DNA from: Bythopirellula sp.
Lineage (GTDB): Bacteria > Planctomycetota > Planctomycetia > Pirellulales > Lacipirellulaceae
Direction of reading: 5' to 3'
DNA length: 64,000 nucleotides
NCBI GenBank assembly: GCA_965216565.1
Contig: OZ244170.1
Span: 3,264,001 to 3,328,000, forward strand
Below, piece after piece: positions 19,998 through 29,407 of the stretch; positions within the stretch are counted from its first letter, which is position 1; each line of letters opens with the position of its first letter. A program made the translations under genes and the position numbers. The notes beneath the pieces are model-generated. The model saw only the letters and a list, made by a program, of their open reading frames with translations. It was not told the DNA's origin and searched no databases.

Positions 19998-21575
19998 ATG
20001 AGCACTCCCACCATCGCAGCAGACCATCGTAGTTTTAAATTCAACGATTTCCTGCAGAGCTTTTTCCGGCATAAACGGAAAGCCGCTATTCTAGCGCTGA
20101 CAATTCTCATTGGAGCGGCATTGGTACTAGTATTCGCGCCCAGGACCTATCGGTCCGAAGCGATGCTCTACCTGCAAATTGGTCGGGAGTCGGTCCGGCT
20201 TGACCCCACCGCTACCACCGGCGAACGTATTTCTGTACAGCAGATCGATCGCTCCCAAGAAGTCACCTCTGTGATCGATGTACTTTATAGCCGCGGGATT
20301 CTTGAAAAGCTCGTCGACGAACTTGGCCCCGAGGTGATCCTTGCCAAAGAGTTACCCGAGGGTGAGGAAGAATCGAGCATTGCTCAATCGACTATCGATA
20401 CGATCGCGAATTACACGATTATTCCATTGATTCAAACAATCAAGGGCATCGATCCGATCTCACAGCGAGAAGAGGCAATCGTCAGACTCGGAAGAAATCT
20501 TAGTGTGTACGCCGAACGCGATTCGAGTCTAATTACGGTGCGGTACGACACTAAGTACCCCAAGCTCGCGCAGCGCGTGATGCACAATCTTATTGAGATC
20601 TATCGATCGGAGCATTTGAGGCTGCATCGCACCAGCGGCTCGAAGGAGTTTTTTGCTAATCAACATGCCAATTTGGAAAGTCAACTGAACGATGCTGTCG
20701 ACAAGCTGGCTGCTGCGAAGAATCGATTGAATCTTGTATCGATCGATTTACGACGAACTACGCTGGAAGAACGCCTGGGAAAAATCGAGTTGGCAAGCTA
20801 CGCCAACCTACAAGAACTGGCCTCGCTGCAGGCAGAATCTGCAGACTTGAGCGAACAGGTGGCGGCCATTCCCGAGCGGATTGTTTCTGAAGATATTACC
20901 GTTCCCAACACGGGTACCGATGCCCTGCGGGAGAAACTCTACGATTTGCAAGTGCTCCAGATGGACCAAGAAGCCAAATATAGCAGTGACCACCCTGCCC
21001 TTCAGAATACAAGAAAGCAAGTGAAGCAGGCCCAAGATATTCTGTCAGCCGAAACTCGCGCTCGCCAAGAAACTACGAACGACATGAATCCCAACCATCA
21101 AGCGCTTGCCCTCTCCCTGGCGACTGTCGAAAGCAAATTGGCTGCTGCCGAAGCTGGCAAGAGTGCGTTGGAATCGCAGAGAAACACCATTTTGGAAGAC
21201 TTAAAGACTCTCAATAACCATGAGCTAGAGATCGATGAACTAAGCCGCCAAGTGCAAATCTCGCGAGAGAAATATTTTCGCTATGCCGAAAACCTAGAGC
21301 AGGCGCGCATAGATGAAGAACTGAACAAGCAACGAATTTCAAATGTCATCGTAGCCCAACCAGCCACATTGATTGAGAAACCGGTGAGCCCCAACAAATT
21401 GGTGGTCATCGCCCTGGCTGGAGTCCTTACGATCGCATCGGTGATTGCCCTTGTTTGTTTCTGCGAACTTACTGGCAACCGGATTCGTACGCAAGAACAG
21501 CTCAACAGAGCCGTGGGTCTTCCCGTGCTGGGAGTCGTGCCCGAAGATCAAGAACTGGCCAGCGCTCTCGCCTAG
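19998..21575 (+). CDS. Polysaccharide co-polymerase / chain-length determinant (GumC/Wzz-like)
   Basis: N-terminal TM then P..Y.S, long coiled coil, YSSDHP, C-terminal P...EKPVSP + TM, GLPVLGVVP. Confidence 0.9.
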   Translation: MSTPTIAADHRSFKFNDFLQSFFRHKRKAAILALTILIGAALVLVFAPRTYRSEAMLYLQIGRESVRLDPTATTGERISVQQIDRSQEVTSVIDVLYSRGILEKLVDELGPEVILAKELPEGEEESSIAQSTIDTIANYTIIPLIQTIKGIDPISQREEAIVRLGRNLSVYAERDSSLITVRYDTKYPKLAQRVMHNLIEIYRSEHLRLHRTSGSKEFFANQHANLESQLNDAVDKLAAAKNRLNLVSIDLRRTTLEERLGKIELASYANLQELASLQAESADLSEQVAAIPERIVSEDITVPNTGTDALREKLYDLQVLQMDQEAKYSSDHPALQNTRKQVKQAQDILSAETRARQETTNDMNPNHQALALSLATVESKLAAAEAGKSALESQRNTILEDLKTLNNHELEIDELSRQVQISREKYFRYAENLEQARIDEELNKQRISNVIVAQPATLIEKPVSPNKLVVIALAGVLTIASVIALVCFCELTGNRIRTQEQLNRAVGLPVLGVVPEDQELASALA

Positions 21576-21624
21576 TATTACTTTCCACGAAATCGCAAAA
21601 TCAACTTCACAACGAAGCCCCAAC

Positions 21625-22347
21625 ATGAGCACCGAGATATCCCCCAACGCTGCCTCGCACTCAGGCGTTTCAACGGAAACAAGCGAGTACACGGATCGCG
21701 ATCGAGCGTCCCAGGTCTTTCGAAATCTTACCGGTGCAGCTGGAGAAGCGATCGATTCAATCCTCTGGCGACTAAAAGCCAAACTAGGGTCAGATACTGC
21801 AATCATCTTCGGTGTCACGGGCGGTGAGAAACACTCCGGCACATCCACGATCGCCCACGCGTTGGCCGCCCGTGCAGGTCAGCAAACGGGTACTCGAGTG
21901 CTACTGATCGATGCCACCGGGAATCAAGCTCAACAGAGCGGTGGCGAACAAGTCGCGGGGTTAGGCGAGATCATGGCGGGCGAGATTGCACCATTGGAAT
22001 GCCAAGTCACTACTCCCTACGAAAACGTCGACCTGATTGGCATGGATGCTTGCAATGCACTTGCAACGGGCGTGGAAGAACGGTTTATTGCAGAAATGCT
22101 TCATGAGTATGCCTCGCATTACGACATGATTGTCGTTGATCTGCCCGTGGCTGGTGAGCTCAAGAAAGTCCTTCCCTTAGCCAAACATCTTCCGGGGGTC
22201 CTCCTAGTTGTGCGAAGCGAAAATGCAAAGCACTCGCAGACGCAACAAGCGGTCGATCAGCTGACACAAGATGGCGTGAGTATCTTTGGCACCGTCTTGA
22301 ATGGATATCGCAATTCGGTACCTCAATGGCTGAGAAAGTGGTTTTAG
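21625..22347 (+). CDS. CpsD/CapB-like tyrosine kinase homologue (degenerate)
   Basis: GVTGGEKHSGTSTIA, RVLLIDA, YDMIVVDLP, GVLLVVR, GTVLN. Confidence 0.82.
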   Translation: MSTEISPNAASHSGVSTETSEYTDRDRASQVFRNLTGAAGEAIDSILWRLKAKLGSDTAIIFGVTGGEKHSGTSTIAHALAARAGQQTGTRVLLIDATGNQAQQSGGEQVAGLGEIMAGEIAPLECQVTTPYENVDLIGMDACNALATGVEERFIAEMLHEYASHYDMIVVDLPVAGELKKVLPLAKHLPGVLLVVRSENAKHSQTQQAVDQLTQDGVSIFGTVLNGYRNSVPQWLRKWF

Positions 22348-22439
22348 CCTGTCCCTACCGATTGGCTGACGGGTGACCATTTCTTGAATTTCTGAAATTG
22401 GTTAGACAAACGGGCCCAGATCGCGCATCGTAAGGGGTA

Positions 22440-23006
22440 ATGACTAATTCTACCCCTTTTTCCGAGCAAGTCCAAGCCTGTGCAAACCGCTTGGCCGAGA
22501 GTGGAGTCCCTGCGCTCGCTGGCCTATTCGACCTCACCAGCCAACGTCTCGTTCGGTACGCCACGACTCTCACCCGCAATCAGCATGACGCGGAAGATGC
22601 TGTGCAAGCGGCCCTCGTTCAAATCGCCAAACATAGCAGTTCGTTTTCGAAAGCCAGACAGCCTTGGCCTTACTTATTGCGTGTCGTGCGAAACGAAGCC
22701 TTGCAAATCATGCGTCGCAAGCGACGATGGGCGCTGGCTGGCGGCCTTGCCGACTTGTTAACTCGATGCTTGGTAGACGAAGTCGAGCAAGAAGAGTCGT
22801 ACCGAGCTGTTTGGTCCGCGTTAAGGTCACTTCCCTCGGCGCAAGCGGAAGTGGTTGTGCTGAAAATCTGGGAAGAGATGACCTTCGCAGAGATCGGTCA
22901 AATCCTTGGAATCAGCGCCTTCACTGCGGGCAGCCGTTACCGCTACGGTATGGAGAAACTTGCTCACAAGCTAAAGCCGACCGGTGTGGAGGTCACTCAT
23001 GGGTGA
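22440..23006 (+). CDS. ECF sigma factor
   Basis: DAEDAVQ region 2; LPSAQAEVVVLKIWEEMTFAEIGQILG region 4. Confidence 0.93.
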   Translation: MTNSTPFSEQVQACANRLAESGVPALAGLFDLTSQRLVRYATTLTRNQHDAEDAVQAALVQIAKHSSSFSKARQPWPYLLRVVRNEALQIMRRKRRWALAGGLADLLTRCLVDEVEQEESYRAVWSALRSLPSAQAEVVVLKIWEEMTFAEIGQILGISAFTAGSRYRYGMEKLAHKLKPTGVEVTHG

Positions 23007-23400
23007 ATTTCATGTCGATAATGAAAGCTGCAATTTTGGCTTCGACGGTTTGGAGTCGATTGTGCAGTCGGCAGGTTCATACGTCCATCCCACGGATGAT
23101 CTTCGACCCAAAACCCTGGAAGCGGCACGAAATGCCAAAAAGCAGCGGGTAAGGAACTTTCGGGTTGGCTCCATTCTCTTGGGGCTCTCGTTTATGGCAC
23201 TGACCGGATTACCTGGCAGCCTTCTCAATTGGGGCTCGTCAGAAGCTGCCTCCACGCTGCAGGCGGTACGTCAGTATGACCTTCACAAGCAGGCATCGAT
23301 GCGTATTCTCCATGCGGGCTTGGATCCTAGTTGGGCGTTTTACGAGGCTTTCATCCAACTGCGGACCGATCAAGCCAAACTCTTTGAAGAATCGATGTAG
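22999..23400 (+). CDS. Single-TM protein, putative anti-sigma factor
   Basis: Overlaps the sigma factor stop; GGAGG RBS; one TM segment. Confidence 0.7.
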   Translation: MGEFHVDNESCNFGFDGLESIVQSAGSYVHPTDDLRPKTLEAARNAKKQRVRNFRVGSILLGLSFMALTGLPGSLLNWGSSEAASTLQAVRQYDLHKQASMRILHAGLDPSWAFYEAFIQLRTDQAKLFEESM

Positions 23401-23591
23401 CCAAGTCAACTTTCTTAGACAAATGGCTCACTCTGGCGCATTATCTTCCTAACGGAGGTGTATCTACGCATCGATGAACCAGAGAACCGGCAGCCTAACG
23501 ACTACTATGTTGCCTAGCCGCGGCTTAGTTTTGCAAGATCACAATGAACGTCACTGCCGTTTCAAACCGAGTCCAGGGTCAATGATAAGGC

Positions 23592-24596
23592 ATGAGTGAA
23601 GTCTCTTTAGACAAAACGCTAGCTTTTAACAAACACCTCCGAGCGCTCTCGGCCGCAGGGGTACGCTTCGACCTAGGCGATCAGTCTCGGACAATTCTAG
23701 AAATACTTGAGCATGCCGACAAGAATTTGGCTCTACGGGCCAGCCTCAACCAGTCGATGACCGAGGCATTAAGTGAAGATCAAGAACTGCCGACAATCTA
23801 CCGCAATGCTGTCCAGTCGGGACTTTCTTCAGGCAATCCCACTTCCGTTCTCGATTCGCTCAGCCGCATTCCTTGGACTGGTCAACAGATTCGACGTGTT
23901 TTGGGATACAGCTTTGTTCAGCCGTTAATTTTGTTTGCCATTGCGTTTGGTGGATTCATCGTTCTGTGCGCGACCTTCGTCCCGACAGCGAGCGAAATCT
24001 ACAACCAACTCCAACGCGAGCCGCACTGGAGCATTCGATTTCTACAACTCGCTCGCAATTCGATGCCAATCTGGGGCCTGCTGGTACCTCTGCTAGTTCT
24101 GCTGTTAATCTGGCGGTGGTGCCGGGTGGCTGCGATTCCTGCCATCGGGCTGCCGAGTAGAGTTCGGTTCTCCCGTGCCATAGGTTACGCGAACTTTTCC
24201 GATCAGTTGCGAGCAATGGTACAGAGTAAAGTGTCATTGCCCGAATCCCTTCGACTGGCTGGCAGCATGGGAGGTAGGCAGGAGCTAGCAATTGCCGCTG
24301 AAGCTTTGGCGGATGCGGCCGAGCGCGACATCACATTGGCTTCTGACGATCAACGGTTGAATGGGCTTCCCCCGTTATTGCGGTGGACGCTCACCACGGA
24401 ACTAGGGAGTCAATCGTTACCCGACATCCTCCACTTTGCTGCGAAGACTTATCGAAAAAAAGCCCAGAGCCAAGTCACATTCTGGCAAACTGCCTGGCCG
24501 GTGTTTTTTGGGGCATTGATCGGAGGGGCGATCGTCCTATTCTTCGGCTTGTGCCTGTTCGGACCTTACGTGAATTTGCTGAAAGATCTTTCCTAA
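23592..24596 (+). CDS. Type II secretion system F / PilC family protein (1)
   Basis: Two T2SSF-like domains with TM helices (QPLILFAIAF; LFGPYVNLL). Confidence 0.82.
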   Translation: MSEVSLDKTLAFNKHLRALSAAGVRFDLGDQSRTILEILEHADKNLALRASLNQSMTEALSEDQELPTIYRNAVQSGLSSGNPTSVLDSLSRIPWTGQQIRRVLGYSFVQPLILFAIAFGGFIVLCATFVPTASEIYNQLQREPHWSIRFLQLARNSMPIWGLLVPLLVLLLIWRWCRVAAIPAIGLPSRVRFSRAIGYANFSDQLRAMVQSKVSLPESLRLAGSMGGRQELAIAAEALADAAERDITLASDDQRLNGLPPLLRWTLTTELGSQSLPDILHFAAKTYRKKAQSQVTFWQTAWPVFFGALIGGAIVLFFGLCLFGPYVNLLKDLS

Positions 24597-24608
24597 CAGA
24601 GTCCCAGA

Positions 24609-25829
24609 ATGCCCAAATTCTTGTTTACTGCACAAACTTCGAATCAGCAGCATCACAGTGGGGAACTGTCTGCTGACAGCCTAGCTGAAGCGCAAGCAGA
24701 ACTTGAAGCAAAGGGTTTCATCGTCCACTCGCTCACGCAGCTTTCCAACGAAACCGAATCTACGATAGCTCCGGTGCTGTCTGCTACACCAGCTGGATCC
24801 AATTTCGAGAGCGTCAGACAATTCGATCAACAGCTTTTGGAGTCTCGCATTGCAGACTTCCTGAACGAACGCGATCTCATAATCCCTGCCTTACAGGCTC
24901 TTGTCGAAGAGCTGCCTGCTGGGTCGAAAAGACGACGACTCGCGCAGCTTGTCGCTGAACTGCAAGCAGGCGTCACACCAGAACAGCTCGCCGCTGCAGA
25001 GGATGCCGCAGAAACCTGGCTTCCACTTCTGAGTAGTGCTTCACCATTTGGATCCAACCGATTCTTGTGCGATCTGTTTGAAGAAACTGCCCGCACCAAT
25101 GCGATTCGGTCCGAATACTGGCGAATTTCAGCCTACCCGACGGCAATCTTTTTCATGGCAATCGCTGTGGTCGTATTCTTGAGTATCGTGGTTGTCCCTA
25201 GCTTTCAAGAGATCTATAACGACTTTGAATTGGATCTCCCACTACTAACCTTGGGAGTACTGCAAGTCTCGGAGGCGATTCTTTTTCATCCGGTATTGAT
25301 GCTTTGCCTTGTAGTTGCGCTCTTTGGATTGGTCTATGCCGGCCTCAAGCTTATCCGAAGGTTGCAGGCTTCTAACTGGACGCTGGGAGCACTTTCCAAC
25401 GGTAATTCTTCTCAAGTTGCAACCATGGCGGAGTTCGTGCGGCGGGTTGCAGAAGGATTGAAAACACATCTGCCACTGGCAACTTCTTTGCGGCTGGCAG
25501 GACAAAGTTGCGGAGTGCCCTGGTTACGTCGCGAATCAGAAATGTTGGCGAGTTCTTTAGAAGAAGACGGAGAGTTAGGGACTCCTCAACGATCAGGCTT
25601 TCCTTTAACAGTGGTTTATGCCCTGCGTGCAAGTCACGATGGAGGCCCCAACATCCGTCTATTGGAAGAAATGGCCACAAACTACACAGAACGGCTGGAG
25701 ACCCGTTTCAGTTGGGCCAGCGGTTTTCTGCCCATCTTAGGAATTGTGATAGTAGGCATGGCTGTATTTCTAGTGGTGATGGCACTCTATCTGCCATTAG
25801 TTCAACTGATCGACGGCCTAACGGGTTAA
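24609..25829 (+). CDS. Type II secretion system F / PilC family protein (2)
   Basis: PilC-type start MPKFLFTA...GELSADS..EA..L; YP...VVPSFQEIY.DF.L.LP; ALYLPLVQLI. Confidence 0.9.
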   Translation: MPKFLFTAQTSNQQHHSGELSADSLAEAQAELEAKGFIVHSLTQLSNETESTIAPVLSATPAGSNFESVRQFDQQLLESRIADFLNERDLIIPALQALVEELPAGSKRRRLAQLVAELQAGVTPEQLAAAEDAAETWLPLLSSASPFGSNRFLCDLFEETARTNAIRSEYWRISAYPTAIFFMAIAVVVFLSIVVVPSFQEIYNDFELDLPLLTLGVLQVSEAILFHPVLMLCLVVALFGLVYAGLKLIRRLQASNWTLGALSNGNSSQVATMAEFVRRVAEGLKTHLPLATSLRLAGQSCGVPWLRRESEMLASSLEEDGELGTPQRSGFPLTVVYALRASHDGGPNIRLLEEMATNYTERLETRFSWASGFLPILGIVIVGMAVFLVVMALYLPLVQLIDGLTG

Positions 25830-25845
25830 CTGTCTGGAGACTAAC

Positions 25846-26949
25846 TTGAGCACAGATCACGCCGCCACGCATTTTGCACCTCCTAAGGTGGCTACCATTA
25901 GCCCTTGGCTTATGTCGCCCTGGTGGCCCGCTGACTCCCTTGGCACGAAGCAGAGATCGCTATTACGGATCTTATCTGTCGCGACAAGCGAAAACATCGT
26001 GCCTGCGCCTCTCGTCTTTTGCCTGGCTCATGAACATCGAGGCAGTTACAGTCGCAAACTAAAGCGGCTCGCGCAACGGCTAGCCTCTGGGATGACACTT
26101 CCCGATGCAATCGAGAATACTCCCGGCGTGCTGCCTGACGATCACATGCTTGCTGTTCGCTTTGGAACCCAATCCGGAATTCTCTCTCAAGTCTTCGAGT
26201 CGATACTTTCACGAGATCAATCCACGGGGCACTCACTGAGAGCTCGTCTAATCGAGCTTGCCCTCTACAGCAAGTTCATGCTTGCCACTATGTTCTTTAT
26301 TCTGTTGTTCATGATGGTCAAAATAGTCCCCAGCTTTCAGGCTATATTCGATGATTTCGAGCTCGATTTGCCTCGGATTACGCTTTGGCTTATTGAGTCC
26401 AGCGAGTTCTTCATCAACTACTGGTACCTGTTCGCTCTGGTCCTAATCGGAATTTTCGTTCTGGGAGGCTCGCACGCCTCCCGTAGCTTTTTCAGTAGAA
26501 CTCTGTTTTCTCGCGTCATTCCTCCGGTGGCGTCGTTACGCTCTGCCGAAATGATGGATCTGCTGTCCGTAAGTGTTGCCGCCGGTCGGCCAGTCGCCGG
26601 GTCGCTGTCGACCATGGCCCGCTATCACACCTATCCCGTGATACGCCGTAAGTTGTTGTTCGTCTTTAATGAAGTAGAGCAAGGCGCCGATCCTTGGGAG
26701 AGCATGGTTGCTACTCGGCTGATCAATGCCAAGGAGTCTGCTGCCATCGCCAGTGCCACTTCTCAAGAATCACGTGCGTGGACGATGAACCGATTGGCCC
26801 AGTTGCGCCGCGAACGATTCACCACCAAGGTCGATGCTTTTGGAAACCTACTTCAAACCGCGGCGACACTTTGCTTAGGTGCCGTCGTGCTATTTGTGGG
26901 CGTTGCTCTGCTCTTACCCTTATTCGATCTTGTCAACAACCTAAATTGA
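25846..26949 (+). CDS. Type II secretion system F / PilC family protein (3)
   Basis: L.SG.TL.DA, G..SG.L, IVPSFQAIF.DF.L.LP, ALLLPLFDLVNNL; TTG start. Confidence 0.88.
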   Translation: MSTDHAATHFAPPKVATISPWLMSPWWPADSLGTKQRSLLRILSVATSENIVPAPLVFCLAHEHRGSYSRKLKRLAQRLASGMTLPDAIENTPGVLPDDHMLAVRFGTQSGILSQVFESILSRDQSTGHSLRARLIELALYSKFMLATMFFILLFMMVKIVPSFQAIFDDFELDLPRITLWLIESSEFFINYWYLFALVLIGIFVLGGSHASRSFFSRTLFSRVIPPVASLRSAEMMDLLSVSVAAGRPVAGSLSTMARYHTYPVIRRKLLFVFNEVEQGADPWESMVATRLINAKESAAIASATSQESRAWTMNRLAQLRRERFTTKVDAFGNLLQTAATLCLGAVVLFVGVALLLPLFDLVNNLN

Positions 26950-26958
26950 CAATCAGCG

Positions 26959-27492
26959 ATGGAAGTAATGATCTTCTCAACACAATCATACCTTTTACCG
27001 AAACAATTCGCGCGGCCTAGAGAGCGATCAGGCTTTGCCATGACCGACCTGGTTGTGGGAGCGACATTGCTGGTGGCTCTCATTTCTTTTGTCGCTCCTC
27101 TTGCGGTTCGCACCGGACGACTTTGGCAGGATACCGATCGTACACGTCTTGCACTGGACGAACTATCCAACCAACTAGAGAGGATCACTCGTCTTGAAGA
27201 GGCGGAATTACCTGCAACTCTTGAATCATTGACGCCCTCCCCCCACATAGCGAAGCGGCTCCCCAATGCCACTATTGAAGGCGAAACCATCACGGACACA
27301 GATGGCACACGAGTAGTACTTCGTTTGCAGTGGGATCGAGTCGGTCTCGCAAAGCCCATCACGCTCGTCGGGTGGGTCGATAGCTTGCCCGTTGAGGTTG
27401 ATTTAGAGAAGGATGCGCCTGACGGGAACTCGGCGTTAGAAAATTCCACAGAAGAGAAAGCTAGGGAGAGTGCTGAGGAGACCACACCATGA
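26959..27492 (+). CDS. Pseudopilin-like protein
   Basis: Class III signal SG|FAMTDLVVG followed by a hydrophobic helix. Confidence 0.75.
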   Translation: MEVMIFSTQSYLLPKQFARPRERSGFAMTDLVVGATLLVALISFVAPLAVRTGRLWQDTDRTRLALDELSNQLERITRLEEAELPATLESLTPSPHIAKRLPNATIEGETITDTDGTRVVLRLQWDRVGLAKPITLVGWVDSLPVEVDLEKDAPDGNSALENSTEEKARESAEETTP

Positions 27493-28001
27493 AAAATCAT
27501 CGTGGATACTCACTCACAGAATTAATCGCTGCGATGTCGGTTGGCACCGTGATTCTTGGACTAGCCACGGGAACAGTACATCGTGCCATGCGACTGAGTT
27601 CACAAGCACACGATTACCATCGGGTACATCAGGTTGCATTACGGCTCTCGGATCACTTCCGGCGCGATGTGCATCGTGCAGAATCGATAAGCTACAGAAA
27701 TGAAGTCGACTCACCAGTGTCGATGGACTTGTCGGTACCCCGCCAGAAGGACATCGTTTACCGAGTTGAAGGAAGCCGCGTACTACGCCAGCAGTCTTTA
27801 GGTGAGCAACAGAACAGCGAGGTGTACGATTTTCCAAATGGGTATGCGATCTCCTTCGCACAACCACAGACAGGCTACGTTGAATTGCTTGTTGAGAGCG
27901 ATGCAAAGCTTCCAGGAGTGCCGCCGAAAACCGTTTTGCATATCAATCCTGAGATTGGGCGATATTCACGGTTGGCTCAGGTTGAGGAGGCCACGCCATG
28001 A
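27489..28001 (+). CDS. Pseudopilin (GspJ/PilW-like)
   Basis: RG|YSLTELIAAM prepilin motif; FRRDVHRA. Confidence 0.82.
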   Translation: MKNHRGYSLTELIAAMSVGTVILGLATGTVHRAMRLSSQAHDYHRVHQVALRLSDHFRRDVHRAESISYRNEVDSPVSMDLSVPRQKDIVYRVEGSRVLRQQSLGEQQNSEVYDFPNGYAISFAQPQTGYVELLVESDAKLPGVPPKTVLHINPEIGRYSRLAQVEEATP

Positions 28002-28426
28002 GTGCATCTTTTTTGAGACAGAATGCAAATCAGCGCCACGCGACGGTACTTATTTGCGTGTTAGCCTGCATGGCGGTCGTGACGGCATTGGTAACTAGTA
28101 CAGCCCAAATGGCACTGCAGACTCGCAAATCGATGCGTCTCCAGCATCAACTACGTCAGGTAGAACAATTATTAGAAGCAGGCATCGACCGCGCTGCGCA
28201 GAGACTGGCGAACGACCCAGAGTACACCGGCGAAATCTGGAAGCTCTTGCCGACTACCTTTTCGGGCGGCGAGGAAGCTACCGTGACTATCGAAGTCTCC
28301 GCAGACGGCGAAACTTGGCCGCCCGAAGTTACGGTTGTGGCCGCGATGGGATCGGCCGAAACAATCCACACACAGCGATCTCACACATTCCCGCTTAATA
28401 TTTCTCTCTCACCCTTGGGTGACTAG
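27998..28426 (+). CDS. PilX/GspK-like minor pseudopilin
   Basis: RHA|TVLICVL..., Q..QLLEAGI.RA..RL, YTGEIW. Confidence 0.75.
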   Translation: MSASFLRQNANQRHATVLICVLACMAVVTALVTSTAQMALQTRKSMRLQHQLRQVEQLLEAGIDRAAQRLANDPEYTGEIWKLLPTTFSGGEEATVTIEVSADGETWPPEVTVVAAMGSAETIHTQRSHTFPLNISLSPLGD

Positions 28427-28442
28427 TCTTAAGGAGTTTACG

Positions 28443-29378
28443 ATGAAATCTCTACTAATCGACAGCCAACGCTTTTCGCAGCCCGACAGACCGCGCGGTT
28501 TTACTCTCGTTGAATTGCTCGTGGTGATCGCCATCATTGGTGTGCTGGTTGCCCTGTTGCTTCCTGCAGTACAGGCTGCCCGCGAAGCGGCCCGTCGCTG
28601 TAGCTGTCTGAACAACATCTCGCAAATCGCACTAGCCGTTCACAACCATGAGTTTTCGCGGGAACACTTGCCTTCCGGTGTCATTAACCCGGAAGGGCCC
28701 ATCCGCTCTGAGGAAGAGGGGCAACATGTCGGCTGGCTACTACAGATCGCGCCCTACATGGAAATGCAAACACTTTACCGCAACTTTGACATCGAAGCCG
28801 GAGCCTATGCCGCCACGAATAGCGACGTGAGGAAAGCCACTGTCGGTGTGTACATCTGCCCTTCCTATCCAGGCAGTGAGTTCAATGGTGCCGAGACGGC
28901 CGCTGTAGGTACCTACGCGGGATGTCACAATGATGTCGAAGCGCCGATCGATACCGACAATAACGGATTGCTATTTCTCAATAGCAACTTGAGATTTACC
29001 GACATCCTAGACGGCAGCTCGCAAACTTTCATGTTCGGCGAGATGCGACCCTTGAAAACTACCGGACAAAGTGCTGGCGAATTTGGCGGGGGTTGGTCTG
29101 GTCGAGTGAATGCCAGTTTAGGCTGGGTCAGCGGGACACGCTCTTCTCTGCGAAACACAAGCGGAATCAATGAGAATCTCGATTGGCATCGCAACGGGCT
29201 CACCGAATCGGGGCCATCTGGACCACTCGGCGTGGGAGGCTTCGCCAGCGCACACCCCGGTGGTGCCCAGTTTGCGTACGGAGACGGATCCTGCCAGTTC
29301 GTGAACGAGGATATCCAGCCTCAAGCATTCCAGCAGTATGGCCATCGGGCCGATGGGGTGGTGCAGGAACAGTATTGA
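28443..29378 (+). CDS. DUF1559 (SBP_bac_10) prepilin-like protein
   Basis: [52 protein letters not shown] (H-X9-DG); AAGGAG RBS. Confidence 0.95.
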   Translation: MKSLLIDSQRFSQPDRPRGFTLVELLVVIAIIGVLVALLLPAVQAAREAARRCSCLNNISQIALAVHNHEFSREHLPSGVINPEGPIRSEEEGQHVGWLLQIAPYMEMQTLYRNFDIEAGAYAATNSDVRKATVGVYICPSYPGSEFNGAETAAVGTYAGCHNDVEAPIDTDNNGLLFLNSNLRFTDILDGSSQTFMFGEMRPLKTTGQSAGEFGGGWSGRVNASLGWVSGTRSSLRNTSGINENLDWHRNGLTESGPSGPLGVGGFASAHPGGAQFAYGDGSCQFVNEDIQPQAFQQYGHRADGVVQEQY

Positions 29379-29407
29379 TACCGCCCGCTATTACCAACCA
29401 CTAACGG

